DNA of 64,000 nt from Dicyema japonicum (lineage: Eukaryota > Animalia > Dicyemida): contig RDEW01000003.1 in the NCBI GenBank assembly GCA_011109175.1, forward strand, positions 1,348,133 to 1,412,132. Direction: 5' to 3'. Shown here one piece after another: positions 13,929-26,000 of the stretch. The translations under genes and the position numbers were made by a program. Under the pieces are notes generated by a model. That model saw only the letters and a program-made list of their open reading frames with translations, ran no database searches and had not been told where the DNA came from. Every line of letters starts with the position of its first letter. The stretch's first letter is position 1.

Positions 13929-14489
13929 TTTTGTAATTTTTGTTACATTCGCTTAAATGTTTTAATCAAATTCTTTATTGACCTTTTTCTTAAAAACTAT
14001 TAAATATTTTATAGTCGGAGGAGTTAAGCATCTTCACTGACTTGACGCTGCCAAACACTCTGAGACAAGAGTATTTATGTTGATGATGTGTCACAAGTTA
14101 TCTATATCTGAAGAGATCTCTTAGAGAAAATTAAGGAAATGTAGGAACATGTTGGCAGATAATGGAAATCTTTGGAAATGAGTTTTTCCTTAGAGAAAAT
14201 TACTATGCGCATCTCAGAAATATAAGTATTGGAATTTACGCAGCACTATGGACGGTGTAAGAAATATCGAATTTTTTCTGATATTCCGGAGTCAGGCTTT
14301 AATCTAAAGCAGTGACCGCGGACCGATGCAAGTACGTAGACCAATTTGTACCGGGCCGTGCAAGAAATACATTATAGAAATATAGCATGCATATAGAAAA
14401 TATAGTGTCGTGAGCTCGAAAATGATGGTGACTGAAAGTGGATGATATGTCGATATCGGACGTGTTATCTATATCGTTAGAGAACTCTT

Positions 14490-14680
14490 AGGAAGGATCA
14501 TGGATGTGTATGAAACATTAAGCCCTACCATGTTGGTCTTTCGAAACACTCCTTGATGAGAATTGCCTAAGGATCGGACGTATACTAGCGATACAGATGC
14601 CGTTGTTGAGGGTGCGTTGATGCCAAAGGTTTACATCTTCTGTCTTGCCGACAGAGTGACCCTCACCACGAGAATGAGAT
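14490..14680 (+). mobile_element. CRE zinc-knuckle relic
   Basis: Reads YRCRC*GCVDAKGLHLLSCR, matching HRCRCGKTVDAKGLHTLSCR at about 63.7 kb. Confidence 0.7.
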
Positions 14681-14759
14681 CACTGCATCGAAACCCTACA
14701 ATAAAACTGGATAAACAAAGGCGTTGTATAGCCTTAGTCGAAATGATATATCGCTTACA

Positions 14760-15300
14760 GTCTAATAGTTTTTTTAACTTTGTTTAAACGCAGCAGTAGC
14801 AAGGGTCTCTCTTCGAAATATTTTCTCACTGTCTCTAAATAAAAATCCAAACTTGTTTGTCTTCCTGACTCATCCAATCTTTTTTTCATTCTTTTGAGAT
14901 TGACTACGTTCCTTAGGAAAAACATTAATTGATAGAACCATTTGTCAAGTTCATTAGGAGACATTGTCTATCCCTCTGTATAAAGTCGACGTCGTCAGCA
15001 TAAATGAACTCAGCTATGCCAACTTCATAAAATTTTTGGAGATCACGTAGTGCCTTTTCCGAGTAAATGACAAACAACAAAAGAAGAAGGGACCCGCTTG
15101 AGGAATACAACATTAATGAAAATGTTTTTAAATAATTATTCCAATTCTAACTCGTAGCTTTATGTTGGATAATAAGACTCGTATAAGGAATCCCTCCGTC
15201 GCTTTCGACTTCTTTCAAGGATGAATTTCGACAAACAGCACAGAAAGTCATTAGGAAATCAGTGCAAAGGATTTTAGTTGCGATCGTTATCTTTGGTTTA
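14760..15300 (-). mobile_element. RTE-like RT core relic
   Basis: Minus frames read IRVLLSNIKLRVRIG, LLFVIYSEKALRDL and the catalytic motif FIYADDVDFI. Confidence 0.7.
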
Positions 15301-16273
15301 AACTGCAACGCAATTTGTGACTTCAGACTATATGTGTCTTTTCTCCCTGTCTTGAATCAAAAATAACTGTCGCTCGCGTCGGAAAAGAAGAAATAGAAGA
15401 AAATATTACTAAGAAAGAGGTTTCACGAGGATCGATATAATTTAAAATACTAAGAGTAGTCAAAATTTACTAAAGTTCAACAATGCGTTCATAGTTCATG
15501 AGCTACCAGGCAAATACTCAGAAATAAATATGTCAAAATTTACGTGTTTCATTGAAGACAACTGCAATAGGTTTTCAAAGCCATAGGGGAGGAAAACTTT
15601 TAGAAACAATTGATTTGTCTACAAAGTTAAGAACAATCGAAGAAAATTCTTAAAGATCGGTGAAACTCTTTAAACGTGGATTACGTTATAGAGATTGTAT
15701 TCTCTTAAAACTGCGTTATGGACACTTTTACGTAAAAAATTAATTGAAAATATCATGTTCGGCCAAGAATCAGCCACTTAAACAAAGATTTAACATAAAC
15801 ATTTGATCACGAAAAACTAATAAATTCTTAAATAAATAAAAAGAAAAAATTATTCGAAAAGCTGAGGGCAAAACTCAACAAGCTAATTGATACTAACACG
15901 CTCCATCGATTCTAAAAGTCGTTTTGAGGTAACGAAATTATTTCCCGGAGAAAGAATTGTAAGAGATTTGTGAATGACGGCCAAGCATTCGGCGTCTCTT
16001 TGGTAAGGTGGATCCAATGAAGTTATCAGAAAAAAGGAAGATAAATTTTTAACCAATTAGCAAATAGCATCACATGGCACACATGACTTCAATGTAAATG
16101 ACGCTATAGAGACTGCATCATGGAATAGGACTTTTTTGATTAATGAATTATCAAAATAGATTATTATAATTATAAAATTAATATAAATATCATTTTTTAA
16201 TTATTAAAAATAAATTCATCAATATAACAAGTGACCTAATTTATACACATCGACGTGTTCATTTTACATATTT

Positions 16274-17437
16274 ATGTTATGGTTATGTTTTTGCACTCAA
16301 TCACGAATTTCAACTATAAACATAATGTAGTAAATTTTAAAAGTTTATTGAAAAGTACTGATGCAAATGTATTTTATAAATAATAATGGTAGACAAACGA
16401 TTATTCAATTAACCCGATGTCCTACTATTCTCATGATAAAATGCCGTATACAATCAATATGAATAACTTGATCTACCAATTTTTTATTGATTTCTCAGAC
16501 GAATTTTACAACATTTCAATAAAAATAAATTAAAATCTAGTATTTAATAGTTAACACATAAAGATAGTGAAACCTATACAAATACAACATATCTTCCGAA
16601 TATTAAACAAGGAGATTATTACAGATGCGGATATATATCCGTAAACTTTGAGAATGGTGATATGCTAACATTATATTCTTTGGAGATAGAATTTTACACT
16701 AATCAATCATATTCATGTTTTATTGGAAAAGGTTTTATATAATTTTATTCAGCACATGACTGTGATCCATCTAACAATCCAAATGTTAGAAATTGGTATT
16801 TTATTGAGAAAAATCGACTGAAAGCTATATTAAGTGGGCATTTTAAAATCACATTTTTTCATAATCGTAATGTTGAAATAGTAAATTGTATATTATAATA
16901 TTAGATTAATGATTTAAAGTTTTTTTCGACTATTTGGAAACGAAGATTAATTTTGATAACAATAGTGTTGAGCTAACTCTTGAGGGGGATATTTTGAAAT
17001 ACATTTGACATTTATTTTGTCTCAAGACAAATATTATATGTCTAAAATTCAGTTAATCATCAATAAAATCTATAATGGGTCTTGGAATTCTAATAATTCT
17101 AAATTGATTGATGTTGGAAATTCTTGTAAATTCAAATTGTCTCTCACTAAATTTTCTGATGACATATATGCTGAGTTTTCACCATTTAAGGTACAAATTC
17201 TTCGAGATGATTCTAAATTCTGTTATACTGGAAAAGGTTTGATTTTTCCTGAATTTTAGAGTCGCAGTGTTTTGAAAAAGTAACTCATAGAAAAATACAA
17301 ATTCTAATGATTCAAAAAATTTTCTAATTATAGGAATTATGTTTTCTTTTCTAACACTTATAATCATCGGACTCATCACATTTGTTATTAAATCCCGAAA
17401 TTTGATAAGACCAATGGAATATCCTCTTGTTAATTAA
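16274..17437 (+). pseudogene. LAMP-like type I membrane glycoprotein gene A, copy 1 (damaged)
   Basis: Hydrophobic N-terminus, 21-24 nt introns, two domains each ending in C...F(x)GK..C, a TM helix and the tail EYPLVN*. Carries in-frame stops near 16545 and frameshifts near 16985 and 17292 relative to copy 2. Confidence 0.65.
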
Positions 17438-18204
17438 CTGCTATTAATTTTTCTCGTTGTTTTTTTATTTTAGTTACCCAAGCACGTTAATAATAATTTG
17501 TAAATTATCTTTTTTCAAGTAGCTTTTTTTTTTGTTTTCTCTCTTGAGTATTCGAGGTATTCTGCATTTTCAACTCTATTTCTGATATCGTGATTATGGG
17601 AAACCGCAGACAGGATCACAGTTTTTCAATTCTCTCTGGAAAATATGATTCGCAATGTAGCATCTGCATACACCTTTTTGTATTCAAAATCATAAGATTC
17701 TCCATTGAATGCTTAGGAGACATCGTAGTATTCGAGAACTTAAATAACAAAATATAACAGCCTCTGACCAGATTTCATCAGTAGACCGTTGTCGCCAAGA
17801 CGAGTGAAGTCATAGGGCCTTTGAAGATATGCTTTTAAAATCACTTAGGTCAATTAATCGAAATAGGGCAACCTTTATATTAATTGTAACAATCGATTTC
17901 GAGTTATAATTAGCTTGAATTTATAATATATTTTTTTAACTCCTTATCACTTTTTCTTATTCGCGTTGAGCGATCTAATTCTGTCTATCAGAATAATGAA
18001 AGCGACTGGTCAAAAATGAATTGCACACTAGACATACGTATTTTTTCACCTTTAGGGTCTCACCCTTCTCCAAAGCAGAGACTGGGTTAGTTGCTGTCAT
18101 AACAAGGTTGGAAAGAGAGAGGCAATCCACACAAGTGGTTTCGCATTGATTGTCAACACAATCGACTAATATGATAGAAAAACAAATCCATTCATTTTTT
18201 CCAC

Positions 18205-19170
18205 CGTATACATAATATGAAATTAATTAGAAATTTAGTGGAATAGCAGCCCGACCATTATTCAAATTGATTAACTTGTCCCATCCAATTTAAGAACTCA
18301 AAAGCACAAAAATATATTAATAATGTGTTAACGATTTGTGTCTGAATTTTATTTATGCTGCTTATATATTGAATATTTGTATTATTTGTTAATGCTGGCT
18401 TTAATTTTTATATTTATTTTACATTCAGAATTTTCTTTAAGTATAATTTAGTTTATTGTTAGATTATAATGTTATCGATGGAACATATGATGAAATAATC
18501 CACGATCTCAACTTTTATAGTTCATCAAATCTATCCGTCAGAAATAAACGAGCCAAAAACATATTTAGCAGAAATGAAATAATAACTTAATAACAAACCC
18601 AAATATTACTTTAATCTTCAAAACAAGAATAGTGAAAACTTGGTCATACACCGGCCTTCTTGACTGCGTAGCTATTCCCTTTCAGGATGGATAGAGCGAA
18701 TGCTGGTCTTTCCATAGATCGGTCAGTCTTTGTCTGGTGATACTTACGTCAGTCGAGAAGGGTTGTAAACGAGACAAATTTATCCGGATGTCCTTGGAAC
18801 AGAGGATTTTGAATAGTCGATTGGAGGAAGGGGGCCTGCGTAATATTTTATTATCATCGAGTCTAGAGATGGTTATCGTAGAAACAAAATCGTGTATCTG
18901 TTCAAACGTCCACTGTCTATGAGGCTAAAAGGGAATGATGATAGCATTCAAAACAGGTCCCAAGATGTCCTAATTTTTTTTGTGTTTGGATTTGCTTAGA
19001 GGAATCGAAAATATAATAATTACTATTAATTTAATATTAAGATATTTTTAATGTATTTATTAAATATACAATTATAACCTCTGTTTAATAAATTTATGTT
19101 AACCTATAAATGTTTATATCCATATGCGCATTTGAATTATTAATTATCTTAATAGCTTCAATTATTCAAG
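18205..19170 (+). repeat. Core repeated module, copy a (others: 51845-52780 +, 62040-63115 -, partial 33900-34240 +)
   Basis: The shared block tggtcatacaccgg...gctattccctttcaggatggatagagcgaa...aaacaggtc is recognisable in all four places. Confidence 0.9.
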
Positions 19171-19940
19171 AACAGATGATATTTACAGATAATAGTTTTG
19201 ATTAGTTATTAATTGAACGTAGAAAATAAATGCTCCGAACCATTAGTAAAAAATAGAAAAATATGGGAAACAGGTGATCTACAAAATAGAAAAAAATCAA
19301 TGTTACGCGCAGGTATAAATGTAGATTATAAGATGGAAAATAAAGTCGTTAATTATCTACAATATTAGAAATTGCATTTTAAATTTCAGGATAATTCCAA
19401 ATTACATAGGGTTACATCAAGAAATAAAGTTGTTCTATTTTTACCATCGTCATACATTTATATATATTTTACCATTTCCTTGATATCTGATGAAAGACAT
19501 TACTTAGACAAGATAGAACTTTTTATTTGTGATTATAATCAGTCATATTTTGACAATTCTGATGATTATACGATTAAACTTGATCGGAATGTGATACCAA
19601 ATAATCGGCATTATTTTTGTCAAACAATTTTTAAACAATTTTCCTCTGATGTTTCTCTAAATATTTCCTGTTTAATGTTTCAAATATTCAAACCTTAATT
19701 TACAGGAATTTACCGGCGATGGTTGTGTATTAATATGTTTTAGTCCAACAATGCTTCAATTCGAGTAAGCTAACTGTCTTGGATAAGCAATTTCATAATA
19801 AACTAAAATTCAAAATAGTAGTCGCTGTTGTTTCATTAACAGTTGTCGTGGTATTAATTATTGCTACATATTATTTTAACAAGAGAAGACGTTACGAAAT
19901 TCGTAGTTTAGTAACAATTAATTATTATTATTAGCTATAA
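19110..19940 (+). pseudogene. LAMP-like single-domain type I membrane protein gene B, copy 1 (frameshifted near 19697)
   Basis: Signal-like MFISICAFELLIILIASIIQE; 22-28 nt introns; HYFCQTIFKQFSSDVSLNISCLMFQIF...FTGDVQQCF; TM IVVAVVSLTVVVVLIIATYYF; tail NKRRRYEI. Confidence 0.6.
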
Positions 19941-20296
19941 CATTGTGGTCTTGGGTCTCAATAATAATAATAATGATCTTCAAAACATAGTAATATCAAC
20001 AAGCATCCATTACATTCACCTTCTGACGGACGATTTGCAAAGTTCTTTCAATTTTGGAGTAAACAAGATTTACACCGATATTCTTGTACACTTGAGACTT
20101 ACTTTTTTAAGATTTTAGATTTTCGTAATTTCGTCCATGTGCAAGAAAAGAAAGACAAGGGTTTTTATCTATAATGTATCGAAGAATGTGTTGTAGAATT
20201 ACCAATCTCTACATAAAACCATTAGTTACATTCTGTGCAACCAACATCGTCAAGGATATACTCAATATTTCCTCATTAATTGACATCAGCTCTCCG

Positions 20297-21905
20297 ATTT
20301 ATTAAAATTAAAATTATAGCGTTGCGTTATGTGGTCCACCAATTCAAAAAATTCAAAAGGATATGCAACGCCCAGAGGGCTTCTAATACCCTTCCGAAAA
20401 GGACCATTAGACCCTTCCCCAGGGGTCATTATCGACCCCCGGCGATGTGTTTCAAGAAAGTCCAAACATTCCCGGCGAAAACCCTCAGCCCACTAGTGAG
20501 AAAAGAAATTTACTGCTCTCCAATTAAACATCAACGGAATTAAAAAAATCAGGTAACTCACGTTCAATCCTGGCAAATCAGGAGATCGATGTGGCCATTA
20601 TTCAAGAAACTAAACTCCGCATGCATGATTCCACTCCTTCATTCCCTGGATACGAGGCAATTAGGATAGACCGTAAAAAGAGAAGAGGGGGTGGACTACT
20701 TACTCTATTCAAAAAGAACCTGAAATGCAGAGACATTACTCGGAAGTGAGGAAACTTGTTGGAAATGACGAGGTTACTGAGGCAATTGGAATTTCGCTTA
20801 GGACAACGAAAGGAAGTATGTGCCTCGTGAATATCTACTTGCCTCTTCCCGGCTCCTGCCCAAAGGACTTGTTATTCCAAACCTATCAAGATTGGCTATC
20901 TACGATGAGATAATCATATGTGGAGATTTAAATGCAAAGCACCCATTATGGTTGTCAACCCAACAGGCCGACACGAGAAAGAAGCTATTGTGATTGAAAT
21001 CGGACTCCCTAACGATACTGAACGATCCAGCGAAAAATACAAGGAACCCACTCAGAGAGACAGATCAGTTTACCTTACCTGATGTAACACTCTGCTCATC
21101 GTCGCTTTTATCTAAAATTGATTGGTCAGTCCTCTACGAACAAGAAGCGACCATAATCCAATTGTGATGAAGGTCATGAGAGAAGTCAGAGTGAGGAGAA
21201 CACCAACTAGTTATATTACAAAGCTGCTAATTGGGAATTGCATGGCGCAATCTCTGATGATAGACTGAAGAATTGTTTGGAAATTGACTGTCAAGACTGA
21301 AGAATTGTTCGGACAAAAGGTTGGGGAAAATGACTGTCAAGTTAAAATTGGACAACATTGAAATCCCCTTCACCAAATGTCAGAAGATCCTGGACGTGAC
21401 ACTGGATATATACTTATGTTTGTCACCGCACGTGGCAAACATTGTTCTGAAGTGCGAGAAAAGGATCAATGTATTAAAAAGTTTATCTGGAATATGGAAG
21501 ACAGGTTTTTCTGGAATATGGTACCCACCCAGTCTTGATGAACATTTACAAGCAATACATCGAACCATGCTTCTTGTACGAGTGTGCTTCGTGGGGACCT
21601 TCATTATCATGGACGAACACTGAGAAAATTGAGGAAGTTCAAAAGAATGCTTTAAGAATGACGGAGCGGTGGTCTTGTGGGAAACACAGAACCGGACCAA
21701 CAACTCTGGAAACCCTCATTAAACAAAACTCCGGCATGAGGGAAGGTGGCCCTGCAAATACAGTCAGCCTCCCTGTACGAGCTTGTGTGGGTACGAGGGA
21801 GGAGTACCGGAAAGAATGAGGATTTTGGCGGAGCTCATCTGGATCAAGTGATAGTTAGTTTTGGTTTTACCGTAGTCTTGGGTTTTAAATAAATAAATTA
21901 AATAA
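20297..21905 (+). mobile_element. APE-type LINE (Jockey/I-like), RT core deleted, flanked by a 12-bp target-site duplication
   Basis: Endonuclease motifs DVAIIQETKL, FPGY..IRIDR, GGGLL, IICGDLNAKH and SDHNPI, then directly post-RT motifs (KILDVTLD, IYKQYIEP.FLY, EEVQKNALR) and an A/T-rich tail. TSD atcagctctccg at 20285-20296 and 21906-21917; empty site at 54079-54090. Confidence 0.9.
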
Positions 21906-21989
21906 ATCAGCTCTCCGTTGATTGTCATCAGGGTCCATTTTTATAAAAAAAAAAAAAAAAAAACGGTCCACATCGTTCTGAAAAGTTGT

Positions 21990-22390
21990 GGCATTATATG
22001 TTATATTCGCATGAGGTAAAGATTGTGTCGAGAAATGTAAGACAATGCGGAGTCATTTTTGTTTGTAGTAGAGTTGAGCTTTTCTTGTCGGATAGCGGAA
22101 TAAAGGAAATTGGCGTCTTCAGCATTGAAGATAGATGTTCCTTGGAGAAAAGCAGATATCGTTGCTATCACTTGAGAAAAAGTCGTCCTTCCTGCATGTC
22201 ATTTGACCTCCATTTGGAAGATTCTGCTCTAGTCCGAGGTGCAGGGAGAGTAATTCTGACTGTTCTTTAATCTCCACCAATGGTGTTATCGTCTAGAAAC
22301 CAGACGTTAAGCGATACCCTGATTGTGAGATCGATTAAGGCAAATAATAGAGTTCAGATGGAGTATCTTTGCTTCCCACTCAGTACCCAA
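21990..22390 (-). mobile_element. CRE RT relic (duplicated at about 54200-54650)
   Basis: Minus strand reads LLFALIDLTIRVSLNVWFLDDNTIGG, the CRE-type catalytic (Y/F)LDD.TIGG motif. Confidence 0.65.
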
Positions 22391-22860
22391 AAATGGAAGG
22401 AGACAATGAAACTTGGATCGCTTTTTGAAACTCCGAAGACATTGACAAAGCAAGTTGTTATCTACGTTCACCATTCAATAGCTTCTAAGGGAAAAATCAA
22501 AAGATGTCATGTCTACCCAGCAATGTGACTCTGATTGTATGAGACTTTCCCATCTGATCCTTACGTATAACACTGGAATATGGGGAATCTAGAAAACCCA
22601 CGAAAAAGGCTTGACTTTATTAATAGGAATCAACTTCGGTCTCTCTTGAGATTAAAGTGGTGAATGGTTGTAAAGAGCGAAGCATTGTACAAAAATACTT
22701 TTCTGGATCTCCGATCATTAAGAGTCGTTGGAAACTGTTTGGTCACATTCTAAGAATGGAGCGAGATACGCCAGTAAACATCTTAATGGAAAAATTTTTT
22801 CAAGCGTCTGGAGAAACGTTTTCGCGTATAACTCTCCTCGAAGTCCTTAATGAGACTTGA
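22385..22860 (+). mobile_element. RTE-like LINE 3' relic (also 54650-55205 + and 61860-62000 -)
   Basis: KWKETMKLGSL, ILTYNTGIWG, LDFINRNQLR, KSRWKLFGHILRMERDTP. Confidence 0.8.
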
Positions 22861-24247
22861 AACTAGAAACAGAACATTAAGGGACGATGTATACCTGTTG
22901 TCTCTGGGTCTGGTTTGCATAAAAAAGGTGGGAGAGACTAGTATCTTAGATCATACCAACGCGGCACAAATAGATTTAGCTCATATTATTCCAATAATAT
23001 TACCTTAGTGAATACTGAACTTAAAAACAAGGAAATGACCTGAAATAATGTTACCATGGAGGATGTCTCACTTGAGTCACTTTATGGCTCTCCAATAATA
23101 ACCATCTTTTACGATTTATCCAGTACTTTAATATATTACGTGAAGAGCTCCCACATAGAATTACTAGGTTGTCCTTTTGATGGCTCTGAATATCCCCTGT
23201 ATATTTAGAAGGACAAACTAATCGGTACTTTTTTTTTATTTTTCGAGGAGGGCGGTGATTAAGACCAGCCTTAAAGTCAATGTGAAGGAAGGAATGATGA
23301 CTATGCTGTAGACAAAAATGAAGGTTTCTCTTTTGAGACATTACATATATAAAGGCATTTTTCTCCCTAAATTTCTTCCTTAGATCAATGTTCTCCAACT
23401 TTTTTGTTACCGCGGAAAGCTATATGCTAAAAAATTTTACCGCAGCTCGGAGGTAGATTTTAAATTTGCAACCTACATGTGCCAGCGTACAACAATATGA
23501 AAAGAAAAAACTCGAAATATATTAAAAATCCCATTGATAGTTTACATTGTAAATTTACTTTATTTTTTCAAACTAAATACAGTACACAAAAAATAATAAA
23601 CGTTCTATGAACATTTTAACTTACTAGAACACCGAGTCAATGTAACTAAACCAAAAAAGTGACGTCATTCAGTGGAGTTTGAAATCGATCACGGTTCGAT
23701 TTCTATTAATGCCATCAATAGCTCAGTAATTAACGACCTCCTTAGACTATTCGGAAGCAAGGTTTCTCTACAAGGATGGTCGTATCTACTGTCAAGACTT
23801 GCAGTTGTATCATATAAAATTTATGTCTATATTAACATAATTAGACAATAGGATGCAAGCTTTCTTCTTGTACCTTCAAAACTTTTAGAAGATTGGCAAT
23901 CTCTTATCCGGATATGCATACTAGTTTTGGGCAAAATAAACTTGACGGACACTAAGAGGCTTCATCATTTGTAGCTACTTTTTTGTTAGTGAGCGTTTTC
24001 TTAGCTTGAAACCACTGAAGTAAAAATAAATCAGACAACTTTCACTGAGAAAAATAAAAAATAGTCATTTTCCAATATTCAATATTAAAATTTGAAAATT
24101 ATAAAATATTCATAACAAAAGTTTTATTAAATTTAATGGCGATGTCCACAGGAGATTAAAGTAAATTAAAAAACATAATCAAGCTATTCATAGAATATTG
24201 AAGAAATAAGATGCTAAACATAATAATAATAATAATAACAGCCTTTT

Positions 24248-24950
24248 TTACGGAGCAGTGGTAACAGTCCAGAATCTTAAATTTTTTTGTTTGTTATATT
24301 GAGATACTTTTAGTATACAAACAGCAAAAGTGTCCATAATTTAAGCTGTGATTTCATACCTTTGTTAATATTAGACAAGAATTTAGAATTCTTTGATTTG
24401 TCTGGATCTCAATTAATTATAAATTATTAAACCCGTATTTAACCAATTGACTTTTAGATAGCTATTCAAAAGAGGAATTCAGCAGTTTAGTTTTCTAAAA
24501 ATTTCGCAATTTTTCTAAATATTGACAAAGTCATATAATTATTATTTATTACAGATTGAATCAAATTTTTTGATCCATAATTTGGTCAATGCTATTTTTT
24601 ATTTTGAGCATAAAGATGAGCTTATTTGTTATACATTAAATAATATTCGTGAATGTGATTCTGAAATTCGATTTACTTTATAAACTATTTTTGAGGTAGT
24701 TGGTAAGTTTACTACAGTTTATTTGTCGGTTGTTGACAACATCAAAAAATCCTAATGTAATTCGAGAAATTATGTAATTTTGTTAGTAAATTTTGTAGGT
24801 ATTGTCTGGACTCCAAAATAAGTGATGAGCACATTTCTCAATCTTATCGATGGTTAGAAATTATGTAAATATAGCTTTATTTATAAAGCCTTACTTGTTG
24901 TTTTAAAAACTTATTGTTGTGATTATAAGGTAATTACATTTATATGTTTT
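24248..24950 (+). pseudogene. Internal fragment of the LRR gene family (homologous to 57475-58180)
   Basis: Direct nucleotide similarity starting at aacagtccagaatct; includes KNLEFFDLSGSQL. Confidence 0.8.
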
Positions 24951-26000
24951 AAGTTTTCATAAAGGATGATTAAAACAAAATCTTCATCAGAGGTAATGAA
25001 GTCTCCTACCATACAGCCAAAGCACAAACCAGGAGACCTCGAAGACAATCCACCTGTGCATCGGTTGTCTTCAAATAGAACTGCAAGACGGGGGCCATGT
25101 GCTGAAGGAATCGTAGAAATCGATTTATTGGAGTCTCATTCTCAGACGTGAATCTCAAAAAGACCACAATAATAATCTCTTGTAACTGAGACGATGACAG
25201 AACGCACATGAGTCTATTATAAAGCATAAAATAACTTTAATGAGTTCAACTCGAAGTGAGGCTTTCCACGGTGGGAAGTTTATTAGCAGCGTACCTTTTG
25301 ATCGTCTCATGGGCTTCTGAAATGAAATGAGAAACGTAATCTGTTATTTCACTTTCTTCCTCATCACTATCTTCACTTTTTTCGATTTAAATCCTCCATC
25401 GAAAAGATGAATTCAGCTCATCCCCTAAGTTTTTGTAAAAGTAAGCAAACTCAGAAATGCACACACTATTATATTGGAAGTATATAAATTTGTCGAAAGA
25501 TTATATTAATTAGTTAACATGATCTTCGATTAAAATACTTGGTGTTCAAAGTGTATAGCGAGATACTGACTTTTCTCCTTCGACTATGGACCTCCGTGTT
25601 CATCGGGAAATGATTCTGAATTTCGTATCACCCTTATGAATAAATTTTTGCCACGTCAATGATTAATCGTTTCCATAATAGCTATAGATTGTAATGCTAT
25701 AATTAATTTGTATTTTTATTTAAATTGTTAATGTGACCTTTTACTTTTAGTGAAGGTATACAAGATTTTCTATTTGGGAATCTTCTAGTAAGATCTCTTT
25801 AGCAGATACTTAGATTATTCCACTCCTTATTCATCATATTGTTAATTAGAAAATTTTTTCTATACGCATTGTGATGTCGCTCAAATAACAATATAGAAAA
25901 CATTTTCCTACAATTTCGGAATTCTTAGTTTGACACTATTATGTCACATGGGCACGCGATATCTATAGGCAGCCAGTTATATTAACTTTAAACACAGATA
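24930..26000 (-). pseudogene. EIF2B5: Decayed eIF2B epsilon subunit (LbH region plus C-terminal W2 domain)
   Basis: Minus strand, in the order expected for eIF2B-epsilon: IDIACP..SN.EF, a LbH-like stretch, acidic SEDSDEEESE, FISEAHETIKR...ELNSLK (cf. human FQNEVLGTLQR...LEINSLK), a 22-nt intron at 25214-25235, FLQHMAPVLQFYLKTTDAQVDCL (cf. [23 protein letters not shown]) and MKIL..ILYE. Stops and frameshifts throughout. Confidence 0.55.

Larger units (their letters stand above)
15325..24247 (+). repeat. Segmental duplication, copy 1 (partner 48945-56590)
   Basis: Long collinear alignment by eye (for example 16560-16860 vs 50180-50480), roughly 90-95% identical; copy 1 has an extra LINE at 20297-21905. 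Confidence 0.95.

Noticed and set aside
21945-21963. Poly-A run as the tail of the LINE
   Set aside because: It lies outside the TSD and corresponds to a shorter A-rich tract in the paralogue (about 54117-54128), so it is a homopolymer expansion.
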